The notes under the pieces were generated by a model. That model was given only the letters and a program-made list of their open reading frames with translations, had not been told where the DNA came from and made no database searches. Below are positions 9,414 through 19,625 of a DNA stretch of 51,036 nt, in pieces. How positions within the stretch are numbered: position 1 is the first letter of the stretch; the number at the start of each line of letters is the position of its first letter. The stretch comes from Candidatus Jordarchaeia archaeon (GTDB taxonomy: Archaea; Asgardarchaeota; Jordiarchaeia; Jordiarchaeales; Jordiarchaeaceae): positions 1 to 51,036 of the forward strand of contig JAHQXB010000035.1 in the NCBI GenBank assembly GCA_029856435.1, read 5' to 3'. A program made the position numbers and the translations under genes.

Positions 9414-9713
9414 TCATCCCGGACTCAATTTTAAAAGTTGGAATTCGAGTAGTGCGATGTTTACCTACCTATATATTATTTACTCAAAGGAATAATAGAT
9501 ATGGCATGACAAGGTATTATTGTGGGGATGTTTGTGTTTATAGGCTGAGAGGAGACGGTGTAATAAGTACTAACCTTACCCATCAGCGCTTTTAGTCAAG
9601 CATCAAATTCCGACGCACAAAATTCATCCCCTCATTCACATAAGAAGCATAATAAATTAAGGATAGCAGTGTGACCGTTAATCTATCAGAAATATATGCT
9701 CTCTTCAGAAATT

Positions 9714-10130
9714 CTAAAAGTAGAAGTGAATATTGAGAGGATACTCTGCACATTTTGGGGTTTTTTTCTCCAGCTCTTTCAGAAGCAAATAGGTTTCAGG
9801 GTAGGCGTTTAGATGTCTAATTTCATCTATCTTGAACCATTTATGTTCCTTGGTGCCTTCGGTTAACCTTTTCACTATTTTGGCTTTAAATACAAAAAAT
9901 AGGTGATAGTCTTCCTCCTTCTTTAATTCGTAAACTCTAGCCAAACTGTCAATCTCTATTAGGTATCCTGTTTCCTCTTTTATTTCTCTCTCCGCAGCTT
10001 CTATCACTCTTTCACCTTTCTCCACCTTTCCGCCAGGAATCGCCCATACTCCGTTATCGTTCACCAGAAGTGTCCTGCCCCTATTGTCCCTGAGAATCAC
10101 AGTAGCAACCACCACAACCATTATTAACAA
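9714..10130 (-). CDS. NUDIX hydrolase
   Basis: Nudix box [23 protein letters not shown]. Confidence 0.9.
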   Translation of the reverse strand: MLIMVVVVATVILRDNRGRTLLVNDNGVWAIPGGKVEKGERVIEAAEREIKEETGYLIEIDSLARVYELKKEEDYHLFFVFKAKIVKRLTEGTKEHKWFKIDEIRHLNAYPETYLLLKELEKKTPKCAEYPLNIHFYF

Positions 10131-10237
10131 CCCTTTTAATGCCTTTATCTCCTTTCAACTTCAATGTCTTATTAGGTTAATCTTTTATTTTCCTTTTCCT
10201 ATTATTTTTTCAAACTTGGAATTTTGGTGAGGTCACT

Positions 10238-11179
10238 TTGCAGTATGATGTGATAATAGTAGGAGCGGGGCCGGCTGGGCTCTCCGCCGCCGCGTTTGCC
10301 GCGAGGCGAAAACTAAAAACTCTGGTCTTGGAGGCAACCAATAAAGTTGGTGGAAAACCAGTAAACGTGTATGGAACTAAAATAGTGGATGACTTTATAG
10401 GTTTCCCAGACGGGGTAAAAGGAAAAGAGGTGGGGGAAGCCCTGCTCAGACAAGCACAAAAATTTGGAGCAGAAATTAAATGCGAATCAAGGGTTTCCAA
10501 GGTTTCAATAGAAAATAATGATAAACTGGTAAGCACAGATGATGGGAGAACCTACAAAGCCAAAGCGGTAATAATAGCCACCGGTTCACACTCCAAAAGT
10601 TTCGTGGGTGGTATCGAAGGGGAGACAGAGTTCAAAAACAAGGGTGTAAGCTACGAACTTCAAAACCCTAACGAAATGAAGGATAAAATAGTATTTGTTG
10701 TGGGCGGAGGAGAAACAGCTGTAGAAACCGCCATCACCTTAAAAGACATAGCGAAACAGGTTTACCTTGTACACAGACGCGACTCATTTAGAGCGGATGA
10801 AATACTGGTGGAACAATTAAAAAAAAGCAAAATAAACATATTGACTAACTCTAGATTGCAAAAAATCCACGGAGACGATAAAGTAACAGGAGTAACCATA
10901 TACAACGATGCAACTAAGAAAGAAATAGAAATGAAGGCTGACCAAGTCATATTTTGCTTCGGAACAGTGCCGGCAAGCGAAATGCTAAAAGACCTAAACG
11001 TGAAAGTCGACGAAAAAGGCTTAATAATGGTCGACTGTGACCAAAAAACTAATGTAGAGGGAATTTTCGCTGCAGGAGATGTAGCAGGCGGAGCTATGAG
11101 AATATCGACCGCCATAGGAGAAGGCGTAAAAGCCGCTCTCAACGCCTATAAATACATAAAACAACCCTACTGGGCCTAG
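10238..11179 (+). CDS. TrxR-fold FAD/NADPH oxidoreductase lacking CxxC (ferredoxin-NADP+ reductase/YumC-like)
   Basis: GAGPAG, IIATG, GGGETA, HRRDSFRA, FAAGD; GVSYELQN where TrxR has GVSYCxxC. Confidence 0.8.
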   Translation: MQYDVIIVGAGPAGLSAAAFAARRKLKTLVLEATNKVGGKPVNVYGTKIVDDFIGFPDGVKGKEVGEALLRQAQKFGAEIKCESRVSKVSIENNDKLVSTDDGRTYKAKAVIIATGSHSKSFVGGIEGETEFKNKGVSYELQNPNEMKDKIVFVVGGGETAVETAITLKDIAKQVYLVHRRDSFRADEILVEQLKKSKINILTNSRLQKIHGDDKVTGVTIYNDATKKEIEMKADQVIFCFGTVPASEMLKDLNVKVDEKGLIMVDCDQKTNVEGIFAAGDVAGGAMRISTAIGEGVKAALNAYKYIKQPYWA

Positions 11180-11357
11180 TTTAAAATTCTCAAAAATAAA
11201 TCATGTCAAATTTTATAGAACTCTAGGTGAAAATACAAATTTACAACTTAATCCCCGCTTAAACTTATTGAGTTTTGCACCGCAACCTACAACTTCTTAT
11301 TTTTGAGAAAGACTAATTTTTAAAAATGGAACCACCTTATTTCAGCAAGTAATCTTT

Positions 11358-12302
11358 TCATTTGGATGTACCATACCAACCGCCTCTAATGTAAAGGTAG
11401 GCGTTTACCGCCGCCCTAGCGCCCTCACCGACAGCAGTGGCGATCTGAAAAATGCCTCCAGTAACGTCTCCCGCCGCAAATATTCCTTCAATATTTGTTT
11501 TCTGTTCCCTATCTACTACTATGTATCCTCCTTCATCCAGTTTGACTCCTGCCTCCTTAGCTAAATCGCTGACTGGCCTGTAGCCCACCGCTATGAAAAC
11601 GGCATCCACATCCAATAAAGTCTCCTCCCCTGTTTTGTTATTAATGAGTCGAATTTTCTTCACTACCTTATTGCCTTCGATACTCTTTACTTCAGTATTC
11701 CAGTGAAACTTAACTCCCCTCTCCGTCAAAGCTCTCTTATAGTAAGCTTCAGCTCGCAAATCATCCCTCCTGTGAACCAAATGTACTTCCCCGGCAACAT
11801 CACTCAAATATAGAGCCTCAGAACAGGCTGTATTGCCACCGCCAACCACAAGCACTCTTCTACCCTTAAACAAGGGTCCATCGCAAGTTGCACAATAACT
11901 GACTCCTCTACCACTAAATTGTTCTTCTCCTGGCACCCCAAGCTTCATATGCTCACGCCCCGTGGCAATTATAACTGCATCGGCTACGTATGTCTCTCTA
12001 TCCGATATAACCCTAACATGCTTTTCCCTCTTCTCTATTTTCCTAACTGGCTCTAAATCATGAATGTCGCATCCACATTCCTCAGCTTGCTTTCTCATAG
12101 CATCCATTAACTCCATTCCCCTAATTTTAACAAAACCAGGATAATTCTCAATAACAGCTGCCTCCGCGGCCTGGCCGCCACTAACTTTAGCTTCCAAAAC
12201 CACTGCATTTAAACCAAACCTAGCCGCATAAATTCCAGCGCTCAATCCCGCAGGCCCAGCGCCAATAATCACCAACTGCTTTTCAACTGGCAAAATAAAC
12301 AC
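11358..12302 (-). CDS. trxB: Thioredoxin-disulfide reductase
   Basis: GAGPAG, GVSYCATCDG, GGGNTA, HRRDDLRA, FAAGD. Confidence 0.93.
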   Translation of the reverse strand: MFILPVEKQLVIIGAGPAGLSAGIYAARFGLNAVVLEAKVSGGQAAEAAVIENYPGFVKIRGMELMDAMRKQAEECGCDIHDLEPVRKIEKREKHVRVISDRETYVADAVIIATGREHMKLGVPGEEQFSGRGVSYCATCDGPLFKGRRVLVVGGGNTACSEALYLSDVAGEVHLVHRRDDLRAEAYYKRALTERGVKFHWNTEVKSIEGNKVVKKIRLINNKTGEETLLDVDAVFIAVGYRPVSDLAKEAGVKLDEGGYIVVDREQKTNIEGIFAAGDVTGGIFQIATAVGEGARAAVNAYLYIRGGWYGTSK

Positions 12303-12403
12303 CCTCGAACATTAGAATTCAAATATAAACTAAACATTCTAAAATCATCAGCAAATAAAAATGTTTCATAAACTGGAATGATTCAGAACCAAACAATTTA
12401 AAC

Positions 12404-12538
12404 TATAGATTTTCTCATTAATTTTTTTTCCTAAACCTCTCCTTAACCCGGCGATTATTTAGGCTTCTTTCCCAAAAAAGGCGGAAAAAATCATGTTCCC
12501 TGAAAACGGAAAGGAAAAAATTAATTGGAAAGTCTATA
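12404..12538. mobile_element. MITE family B, copy 1 (diverged, ~135 bp including flanking TA)
   Basis: Imperfect ~26-bp TIR TATAGATTTTCTCATTAATTTTTT / AAAAAATTAATTGGAAAGTCTATA; homologous to 31984-32117 and 39122-39255. Confidence 0.8.
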
Positions 12539-12687
12539 TTTAACGCTTAAAAAACAAAAAATAACTTTCTATCACAAAAAGCTTAGCAAATAATATATAT
12601 CTAAAAACATAGTAAATTATGTAAAGCCACCAAAAATATGAGGAAAAAGGAGAAAATAGCAAAATTCGCAATAGGGGCAGAGTGGAT

Positions 12688-14415
12688 ATGGCACCCAAGC
12701 ATGAAGAATATGCATTCAAAATTGTCTGTATTGGGGATGGTGGTGTGGGTAAGACCAGCCTAATAGTTAGGCTAACCGAGAATAGGTTCTCAGAAGACTA
12801 CAAAATGACTTTAGGAACTTCATTTGCCGCTCATACCATAAATATCGAGGATAATATTGTGACTTTACAGATCTGGGATCTTGGAGGTCAGCCCTCCTTC
12901 AGTCACTTGAGGTCGTTTTTCTATGCTGGAGCTAAGGGGGCTGTGATTGTTTTTGACTTGACAGATATTAAATCTTTTCAGAATATTACAACATGGTATA
13001 AAGAGTTGCGTAGCGTTTGCGGTGATGTGCCCATTGTTTTGATCGGCAATAAGAATGATTTGGCTAGCAATCGTGTTGTTTCTAGGCAAGAGGCGGAGAT
13101 GCTAGCCAGAAGCTTGGGCGCGCCTTATGTTGAGACCAGTGCTAAAACCGGTGACAAGGTTAATTTGGCTTTTCAGAGCATTTCAAGGCGTTTGTTAGGT
13201 ATCGAAGAAAAGTTACCTATGGTAAAGGGTGTGGTGGTTCCAGAGGTTAAGAGTAAGCTTCTGCAGTTTATTGACAGTAGAAGAGACTATCTCCTAAATT
13301 TGCTGGGAGATCTAATTTCCGCACGCTCTGTTAATCCTCCAGGAAATGAGAAGACTGCTGCGGATGTTGTTCAAGGCGAGTTGTATAGAATTGGGATGCA
13401 AACTGAATCTTACGAGAAGGAGAGTGGGCGGACCAACGTTGTAGGCTACGTGGAGAAGGGTAACTCTCCCACTTTAATGATTATTACCCATCTGGATGTG
13501 GTGCCTGCAGGTGACGGATGGATTTATGATCCGTTTAAAGCTACTCCCACTAATGGTAGGATTGTGGGTAGGGGTGCTGTTGATGATAAGGGACCTATGG
13601 CTTCTGTTCTCCTGGCTATTCAAGCGCTTAAGGAGTTTAATTTCCCCATTCGGGGACGCTTGTTGTTTGTGGCCGTGGCAGATGAGGAAACTGGAAATGA
13701 GCTGGGCATAAAGTATCTTTTAAACGAAAAGGGCTTAACAGCTGATTATGCTCTGGTGGCTGAGCAAACTAGGTGTGAGGCAGTGGAGATTGCAGAAAAG
13801 GGCCGTTTATGGGCTAGGCTGAAGAGTACTGGTGCACAGGGTCACGGTAGCATGCCGGTGAAGGGTGCGAATGCAATTGTAAATCTCTCAAAGGTTTTGG
13901 CCCGCATAGAAAACCTGAAAATGTCTTACACTGAACATCCTCTGCTCGGAGCTCCAACCATAAATGTAGGAACAATAAAGGGTGGGGTGGCTACGAATGT
14001 GATTCCTGCTTCCGCCGAAGCCACAGTGGATATTAGATATCTACCCTCCCAAGATTTGAGGCAGATAATCAACGAGTTACGCGAATTAGTGAGGAGCGTC
14101 CAGAGAGAGAACCCTGGACTAGAGGTGGCTATAGAGCCCATAGCTTCGGATCCCCCTACAGAAGTTTCTCCCGAAGACCCCGTTGTCAGAGCACTGGTGA
14201 GTGTAATAAGGGAGGTGACGGGAAGCCAGCCGAAGCTAATTGGGATAGGAGGCGCCACAGTAGCGAAGCACTGTATTTCCCACGGTATCCCCACCGCCGT
14301 TTTTGGACCGGGAGATCCCAAAGAGGCCCACGCCGCAAATGAGAGTGTGTCCATAGACAGTTTACTTACGGCAGCTAAAATTTACGCTCTAACTATATTA
14401 AACCTGCTCTCTTAA
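12688..14415 (+). CDS. Rab-like small GTPase fused to an M20 (ArgE/DapE-family) metallo-amidohydrolase
   Basis: G1 GDGGVGKTS, G2 TLG, G3 WDLGGQ, G4 NKND, G5 ETSAK; then THLDVV, GRGAVDDKG, DEE, AEQT, GHGS, AHAANE; a single uninterrupted frame. Confidence 0.9.
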   Translation: MAPKHEEYAFKIVCIGDGGVGKTSLIVRLTENRFSEDYKMTLGTSFAAHTINIEDNIVTLQIWDLGGQPSFSHLRSFFYAGAKGAVIVFDLTDIKSFQNITTWYKELRSVCGDVPIVLIGNKNDLASNRVVSRQEAEMLARSLGAPYVETSAKTGDKVNLAFQSISRRLLGIEEKLPMVKGVVVPEVKSKLLQFIDSRRDYLLNLLGDLISARSVNPPGNEKTAADVVQGELYRIGMQTESYEKESGRTNVVGYVEKGNSPTLMIITHLDVVPAGDGWIYDPFKATPTNGRIVGRGAVDDKGPMASVLLAIQALKEFNFPIRGRLLFVAVADEETGNELGIKYLLNEKGLTADYALVAEQTRCEAVEIAEKGRLWARLKSTGAQGHGSMPVKGANAIVNLSKVLARIENLKMSYTEHPLLGAPTINVGTIKGGVATNVIPASAEATVDIRYLPSQDLRQIINELRELVRSVQRENPGLEVAIEPIASDPPTEVSPEDPVVRALVSVIREVTGSQPKLIGIGGATVAKHCISHGIPTAVFGPGDPKEAHAANESVSIDSLLTAAKIYALTILNLLS

Positions 14416-14426
14416 AGTTCTAAGGT

Positions 14427-14870
14427 GTGGTTAAAACTTTGGTTGAATCGGAGAAATTTATTCGTTTTAGTGTTTCTCTCCCAGAAGGCCTACTTAAAGA
14501 ATTTGATAAGGTTACAGAGTCTCTTGGAATACAAGGTAGATCTGATGCGATACGCAAAGCAATGCGTGACTTCATAGTAAACTATACTTGGATGAATAAG
14601 CGTAAAGGTAATATGGTAGGCTCAATAACTATAATCTTGGATCATGACACCCCAGGAATAATGGATGAAATAACTGAGCTACAACACAAACATTTGGAAC
14701 TAATCGCTTCCTCTATGCATGTGCATTTAGACGAACGTGAATGTATGATTGTTCTGGCAGTAAGGGGAAAAGTGGAGGATGTTGAAAAACTCAACAATGA
14801 AATACTTGCCCTCAAGGGAGTCAAACTAGTAAAGTATACTGTGATGACTCCGGGAGCCGAATTGCCATAA
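14427..14870 (+). CDS. nikR: Nickel-responsive transcriptional regulator NikR
   Basis: RHH motif RFSVSLPEGLLKEFD...RSDAIRKAMRDF; metal ligands HKH...HVHLDERECM. Confidence 0.9.
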   Translation: MVKTLVESEKFIRFSVSLPEGLLKEFDKVTESLGIQGRSDAIRKAMRDFIVNYTWMNKRKGNMVGSITIILDHDTPGIMDEITELQHKHLELIASSMHVHLDERECMIVLAVRGKVEDVEKLNNEILALKGVKLVKYTVMTPGAELP

Positions 14871-15045
14871 ATTAAAAACATGGAGGGAAAAACCACCACT
14901 TTCCAAAATGTTTTTATACACCTGCTTTTCAAGTGGGTACACTATAATCACCACCCAAAAAAGGGTTTTTGGAATAAATGTTAAGTCTACGTTTTTTCCA
15001 GAGTGGTAACTTACTAGTCCTCCCTTAACTAAAGAGGTGTAAACG

Positions 15046-16599
15046 TTGCACTTGGAGTTGGATGGTTATCTTGAATTAAGCGGCGTTCTTCCCAAGGAAG
15101 CCCAAAGCGAATTAGAAGCCTTCTTCGAGGAAGCCAACAAAAAAATACTTAAAAAAGGAGCGCCCAAAGGAAAAGAATCTGAAGGGGCTCAAGTAACCAA
15201 GTGGTCCCTCAAAGGCGACAAGATAGAACTGCGGATAAATAGTGGCAGATATGTTAGAGCACACACCGCGCTACTCAGGCTTTCCAATGCGCTATCCAAA
15301 ATCCTAGGATCGAAATATCATACAGGTATCCGCAAGTCTGTCGCCACCACTTACAAGATAGAAACTGAGCTTGAGAAAACGCCCTTGGAACCCATAACCC
15401 TACCCTTCACCAAGGAATTAACCATCAAGGATAAAACTGCCACTGTAATTATGGTGGAAATGGACGAAAGTGAACTCAAAAGAAACTACCCAGACCGCCT
15501 ACTGCGGCGTCTCGAAGAGAAAATTACAGCCCAATATGTCCATGGAAAGGCAGAGTATACACGCACCGTTGAAAGAAGCCACAAGGGTTTAGAAAAATAC
15601 AAGTTGAGAGAAGACCCTACAGAGACCGCGGTTAAATTAGGATGGGTTAAAGAGTTTCCGGGAGCAGGCATATGGCAGATACTGCCCCCCTATGCTGCGC
15701 TCATCAGAGCCATAGAAAACATGATCATTGACGACATCGCAAAGCCCCTAGGATTCCAAGAAGTTATGCTTCCCCGACTAATTCCACTAGACGTTGAGAT
15801 GAAAAAGGGTCACTTTGGAATAGCAAACGAGATAATATGGGTCTGCCCCCCAATATCACGAGACCCCAAAGAATTCGAAGAAATACTAGACTACGTGGAA
15901 ATAACTGGCACTCCGCCCGTAGAATTACTCCAGAAAAAACTTCGCCCCCCCATGTTTGGACTAGCATACGCCCAATGTGAACCCTTCTATGAACTATTCG
16001 CCCAAGAAATAGTAAACATAGAAGATCTTGAGAAAAACCCCATAAAATTCTACGACAAAAATGGGCCCACTTGGAGATGGGAAGGGGGAGGACTGAAAGG
16101 CCTAGAACGCCTAAACGAATTCCACAGAGTAGAATTCGTATACATGGCGCCACCCCAAAAATGCATAGAAATAAGAGACCAAGTACTCGAAAAAGCAAAA
16201 ACCATGGTAGACAAAGACTTAGATTTAGAATACCGAATAGACGCAACCACCGCCGTATACCTTGAACACGCCGGAATCGCCGAAGAACAAAAAGAGGAAG
16301 AATTCGTGAAAACCTACGACCTCACCGTGATACTCCCCTTCGAAACCAAAAGCAGACCTGAAGCAGAACTAGAAATCTCCAGCTTCCACGTACACACTGA
16401 CTTTTACGCCAAAAGATTCCACTTCCGAGACAAAACCCGTAAAACAGTATACACTGGATGCGTAGGAATGGGCCCATCCCGCTATGCATACGTAACCCTA
16501 ATAAGACATGGATTCAACTACGACGACTGGCCCCCGAAAATCAAAAAATACATTGGCAAAAAACTGCCCGAGGTCCCCAAAACAGTAACTTGGCCATAA
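15046..16599 (+). CDS. serS: Serine--tRNA ligase, methanogen-type (SerRS2)
   Basis: N-terminal SGRYVRAHTALLRL; LAYAQCEPFY; motif 2 WRWEGGG..GLERLNEFHRVE; motif 3 TGCVGMGPSRY; C-terminal TWP. Confidence 0.9.
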   Translation: MHLELDGYLELSGVLPKEAQSELEAFFEEANKKILKKGAPKGKESEGAQVTKWSLKGDKIELRINSGRYVRAHTALLRLSNALSKILGSKYHTGIRKSVATTYKIETELEKTPLEPITLPFTKELTIKDKTATVIMVEMDESELKRNYPDRLLRRLEEKITAQYVHGKAEYTRTVERSHKGLEKYKLREDPTETAVKLGWVKEFPGAGIWQILPPYAALIRAIENMIIDDIAKPLGFQEVMLPRLIPLDVEMKKGHFGIANEIIWVCPPISRDPKEFEEILDYVEITGTPPVELLQKKLRPPMFGLAYAQCEPFYELFAQEIVNIEDLEKNPIKFYDKNGPTWRWEGGGLKGLERLNEFHRVEFVYMAPPQKCIEIRDQVLEKAKTMVDKDLDLEYRIDATTAVYLEHAGIAEEQKEEEFVKTYDLTVILPFETKSRPEAELEISSFHVHTDFYAKRFHFRDKTRKTVYTGCVGMGPSRYAYVTLIRHGFNYDDWPPKIKKYIGKKLPEVPKTVTWP

Positions 16600-16676
16600 A
16601 ATCACAAAAACAAAAACCTACATCCTCCCACTTAGACAAAAATAAGTCCACACTCCCCTCCCTAAAACTTATTCAA

Positions 16677-19508
16677 TTAGGTTTCGATGAGAACTCCTGG
16701 TTTTAATGGTTCAGCCACCCTGGCCTTCTCATGTTTCGACTCCTCAGCCCTCAGAACCTCAATCTTAGCTCCAAATTCCTTAGCCAAGAACTCTGCCGCC
16801 TCAGACAAAGTCTTAAACTCTATTTCCTGGGTAAGCATCTCATGGCGAGGATTCTTAAGCAACTTTTGCGCATAGTTTACAGCATCTTTTCCCTGCCTCT
16901 TAACCTCAGCATCAGCCATAACTCTCTTTATCAAATCCTCCCTACTCTTCAAGGACTCCGCTAAAATCTTATACTTCCAACCCTGAGCCACAAAAAGAGT
17001 AATCTTGGAAGGTCTCTCAATCCCGGTGACCTTGAGAATCTCCTTTATATCCTCAATGGTGTCGCCTATGAGCTTCTCCCGAAGCTCCAACTCCTCATCA
17101 AAGTACTTCTCATCATAAGTCGGCCAAGGCTCCTGAACAATGAATTTCTTGTGGCCGATTCTTTCCCAAATCTCCTCACAAATATGAGGAGTCACAGGAG
17201 ACACCAGCAGAATCATAGTCTCCACAGCCTTCCTCAAAACATCCGAATATTCCTCACTACGCCTCATATACCAACGGATATCATTCCATAAATCGAAAAA
17301 TCCCTCCTGAAGAGCAGAGCGATTCCTCATAACCTCATAATACTCAGTCGCCGCCTTAATATGCCTATGAACCCTGCTCAAAAGCCAACGATCAATATCC
17401 CTGTCCAAAGGCTTTGTCTCAGGCAAATTAGTAGCAAAATCATAAAACAACTCCAACCTCCTACGGAGACTCAAAACCTCTTGAGACCGCCAATCTGGAT
17501 CCACCAACCCCTCAGCCGAATAGGCCAACTCAAAACGAGTAGGATCAGCATTGTACTTATCCAAAGCCTCCTTAAGAGTAATAAAAATCCCTCGCGACTT
17601 ACTCATTTTCTGCCCCTCAATCTGAATCATACCATTAGCCCCCACCATCCGCGGCCACTTATCCTCGGGCCAAATAGCCACATGCTGAAACAAGAAAAAC
17701 GTCAAATGATTAAAAATCAACTCCTTGGCTGAATTCCTAAGAGAGACAGGGTACCAATACTCAAACTCATCCCTCATATCCTCCAGTAACTCCTCATCCA
17801 AACCACTCCTCCCAGCAACCTCCTCCACACTTCCTTTCCCCAAAAAAATATAATCAAAAACTTCACGAGTTAACTTCTCCGCCGGAATCCCCAAACCATA
17901 AATGTGCTTTGCAACAGTGTAAAAAGCCATATAAACCGTAGAATCCGACAAAGTCTCCACAATCCATTCCGGATCCCAAGGAAGCCTAGTACCCAAGCCA
18001 CTCCGCCGCACACAAGCCTTATCCTCCAACCAATCCACTGTGTTCTCAAAAGCGCTCCTAGCCTCATCCGGAACAATAACCATACGCCCCAAAAGCTCCC
18101 TAACCCGCGCCTTCCACTCCGGATCACTATACTTCAAAAACCACTGATTCTCCAAAATCTTCACAATAGTACGCGTATTACAACGACAAACCACAGGCGC
18201 CGCAGTCTCCCACAAACTACTCGCCCAACCCTCACCTACAAAATCCGCAATCAACTCCTTCTTAACCTCAGCAACACCCCGCCCCGCATACCTACCGGTA
18301 ATCTTTTTGAGAACACCCTTATGAAACTCCTTCCGATAAACCTCCTTAGTGATATCCTCCAACCGCTCATCCTTCTGGCTCTTAATACCAGCCGCCTCAA
18401 CAAGCTCCACAGCAGGATGTTCACCAAACCCTTCAGTCTCAATCAAAGAAATGGGCTCCAACCCCATAACAATACTTGGATCAACACCGTACTCCCTAAG
18501 AACCTCAGGATTCCTACGCAAATCAGCAATAGCCGCCCAGTCAAAAGGAGCATGACTCGGAACACTCATAACCACACCCGAAGCATTACCCGGATCAACA
18601 AAAGAAGCCGGCAAAATGGGGACCTCACTACCCACTACCACATTCCTACAATACCTACCAATAAGCTTACGCCCCTTAAACTCCTCCAAAACCTCAACCA
18701 CATGCAACTGATCCCTAAGCTTCTGAACCGCCTCCCTACTAACAATCCACACCTCACCATCAACACGAGCCCTAACATAAACCGCATCCGGATTCAACCA
18801 CATATTCGTAACACCAAAAACAGTCTCCGGACGCAAAGTAGCAGCCATAAGAAAAGCACCATCACACTCAAACTTCAACAAAGTATACTCAATAGGAGAA
18901 ACACCCTCACCCACCAGTCGATCATGATCACCAGTAGGCGACAAACAACGAGGACACCAAACCACAGGATGACTACCCAAAACCACATAACCCTTATCAC
19001 GCAAAGTCCAATACTGCCACTCAATAAACTTATTATAAGGAGGATCAACGGTAGTAAACTGACGCCGCCAATCAACACTAAAACCAATCCTATTCACTGT
19101 TTCGATAGCCTCAGCCCGATAATAATCACCAATATATTTAGGATCCGTAAATTTGCTAATCTCATCTCGTGGCACACCACTTCTAACCAAAATATCAATC
19201 TGCTTCTGATCACCTTCAGCAATACGTTTAGCCACACCCACTAGGGGCTCCCCCGTGTAATGAAAAGCAAACGGGAACAGCACATTGTAACCCTGCATAC
19301 GCTTAAAACGAGCATAAATATCCACACGCAAACAAGTTAGGGCATGACCTATATGCAACGGTCCATTCATATAAGCATAGGGAAACGTAAATAATTTTCC
19401 TTTTGAGTGTTTGGACTTTCTTTTATTTTTTGGCGGGGGGTCTGCTTGGAATAGTTTTGTCTGTTTCCATTTTTGTTGCCATTTTTTTTCTATTTGGTTC
19501 CAGTCCAT
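16677..19508 (-). CDS. leuS: Leucine--tRNA ligase, archaeal/eukaryal type
   Basis: FPYAYMNGPLHIGH, ATLRPETVFG, MSVPSHAPFD, KMSKSRG. Confidence 0.96.
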   Translation of the reverse strand: MDWNQIEKKWQQKWKQTKLFQADPPPKNKRKSKHSKGKLFTFPYAYMNGPLHIGHALTCLRVDIYARFKRMQGYNVLFPFAFHYTGEPLVGVAKRIAEGDQKQIDILVRSGVPRDEISKFTDPKYIGDYYRAEAIETVNRIGFSVDWRRQFTTVDPPYNKFIEWQYWTLRDKGYVVLGSHPVVWCPRCLSPTGDHDRLVGEGVSPIEYTLLKFECDGAFLMAATLRPETVFGVTNMWLNPDAVYVRARVDGEVWIVSREAVQKLRDQLHVVEVLEEFKGRKLIGRYCRNVVVGSEVPILPASFVDPGNASGVVMSVPSHAPFDWAAIADLRRNPEVLREYGVDPSIVMGLEPISLIETEGFGEHPAVELVEAAGIKSQKDERLEDITKEVYRKEFHKGVLKKITGRYAGRGVAEVKKELIADFVGEGWASSLWETAAPVVCRCNTRTIVKILENQWFLKYSDPEWKARVRELLGRMVIVPDEARSAFENTVDWLEDKACVRRSGLGTRLPWDPEWIVETLSDSTVYMAFYTVAKHIYGLGIPAEKLTREVFDYIFLGKGSVEEVAGRSGLDEELLEDMRDEFEYWYPVSLRNSAKELIFNHLTFFLFQHVAIWPEDKWPRMVGANGMIQIEGQKMSKSRGIFITLKEALDKYNADPTRFELAYSAEGLVDPDWRSQEVLSLRRRLELFYDFATNLPETKPLDRDIDRWLLSRVHRHIKAATEYYEVMRNRSALQEGFFDLWNDIRWYMRRSEEYSDVLRKAVETMILLVSPVTPHICEEIWERIGHKKFIVQEPWPTYDEKYFDEELELREKLIGDTIEDIKEILKVTGIERPSKITLFVAQGWKYKILAESLKSREDLIKRVMADAEVKRQGKDAVNYAQKLLKNPRHEMLTQEIEFKTLSEAAEFLAKEFGAKIEVLRAEESKHEKARVAEPLKPGVLIET

Positions 19509-19625
19509 TCTTGTCGCCCTTTAGGGTGTTGTGTCGTTAGGTTGGTTATCTACCGAGTTATTATTTAAGAATTGTGTGCAACTTTTGTTGAAACTGAATA
19601 TTTGTGTCTTTAATTGTTTAGTTTT

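Noticed and set aside
17904-19244. 446-aa ORF antisense to leuS, and similar shadow ORFs (17361-17732, 15764-16246, 30033-30503)
   Set aside because: These are stop-poor shadows caused by strong A/C skew; their composition (H/T/P/N-rich) is not protein-like and they overlap confident genes.
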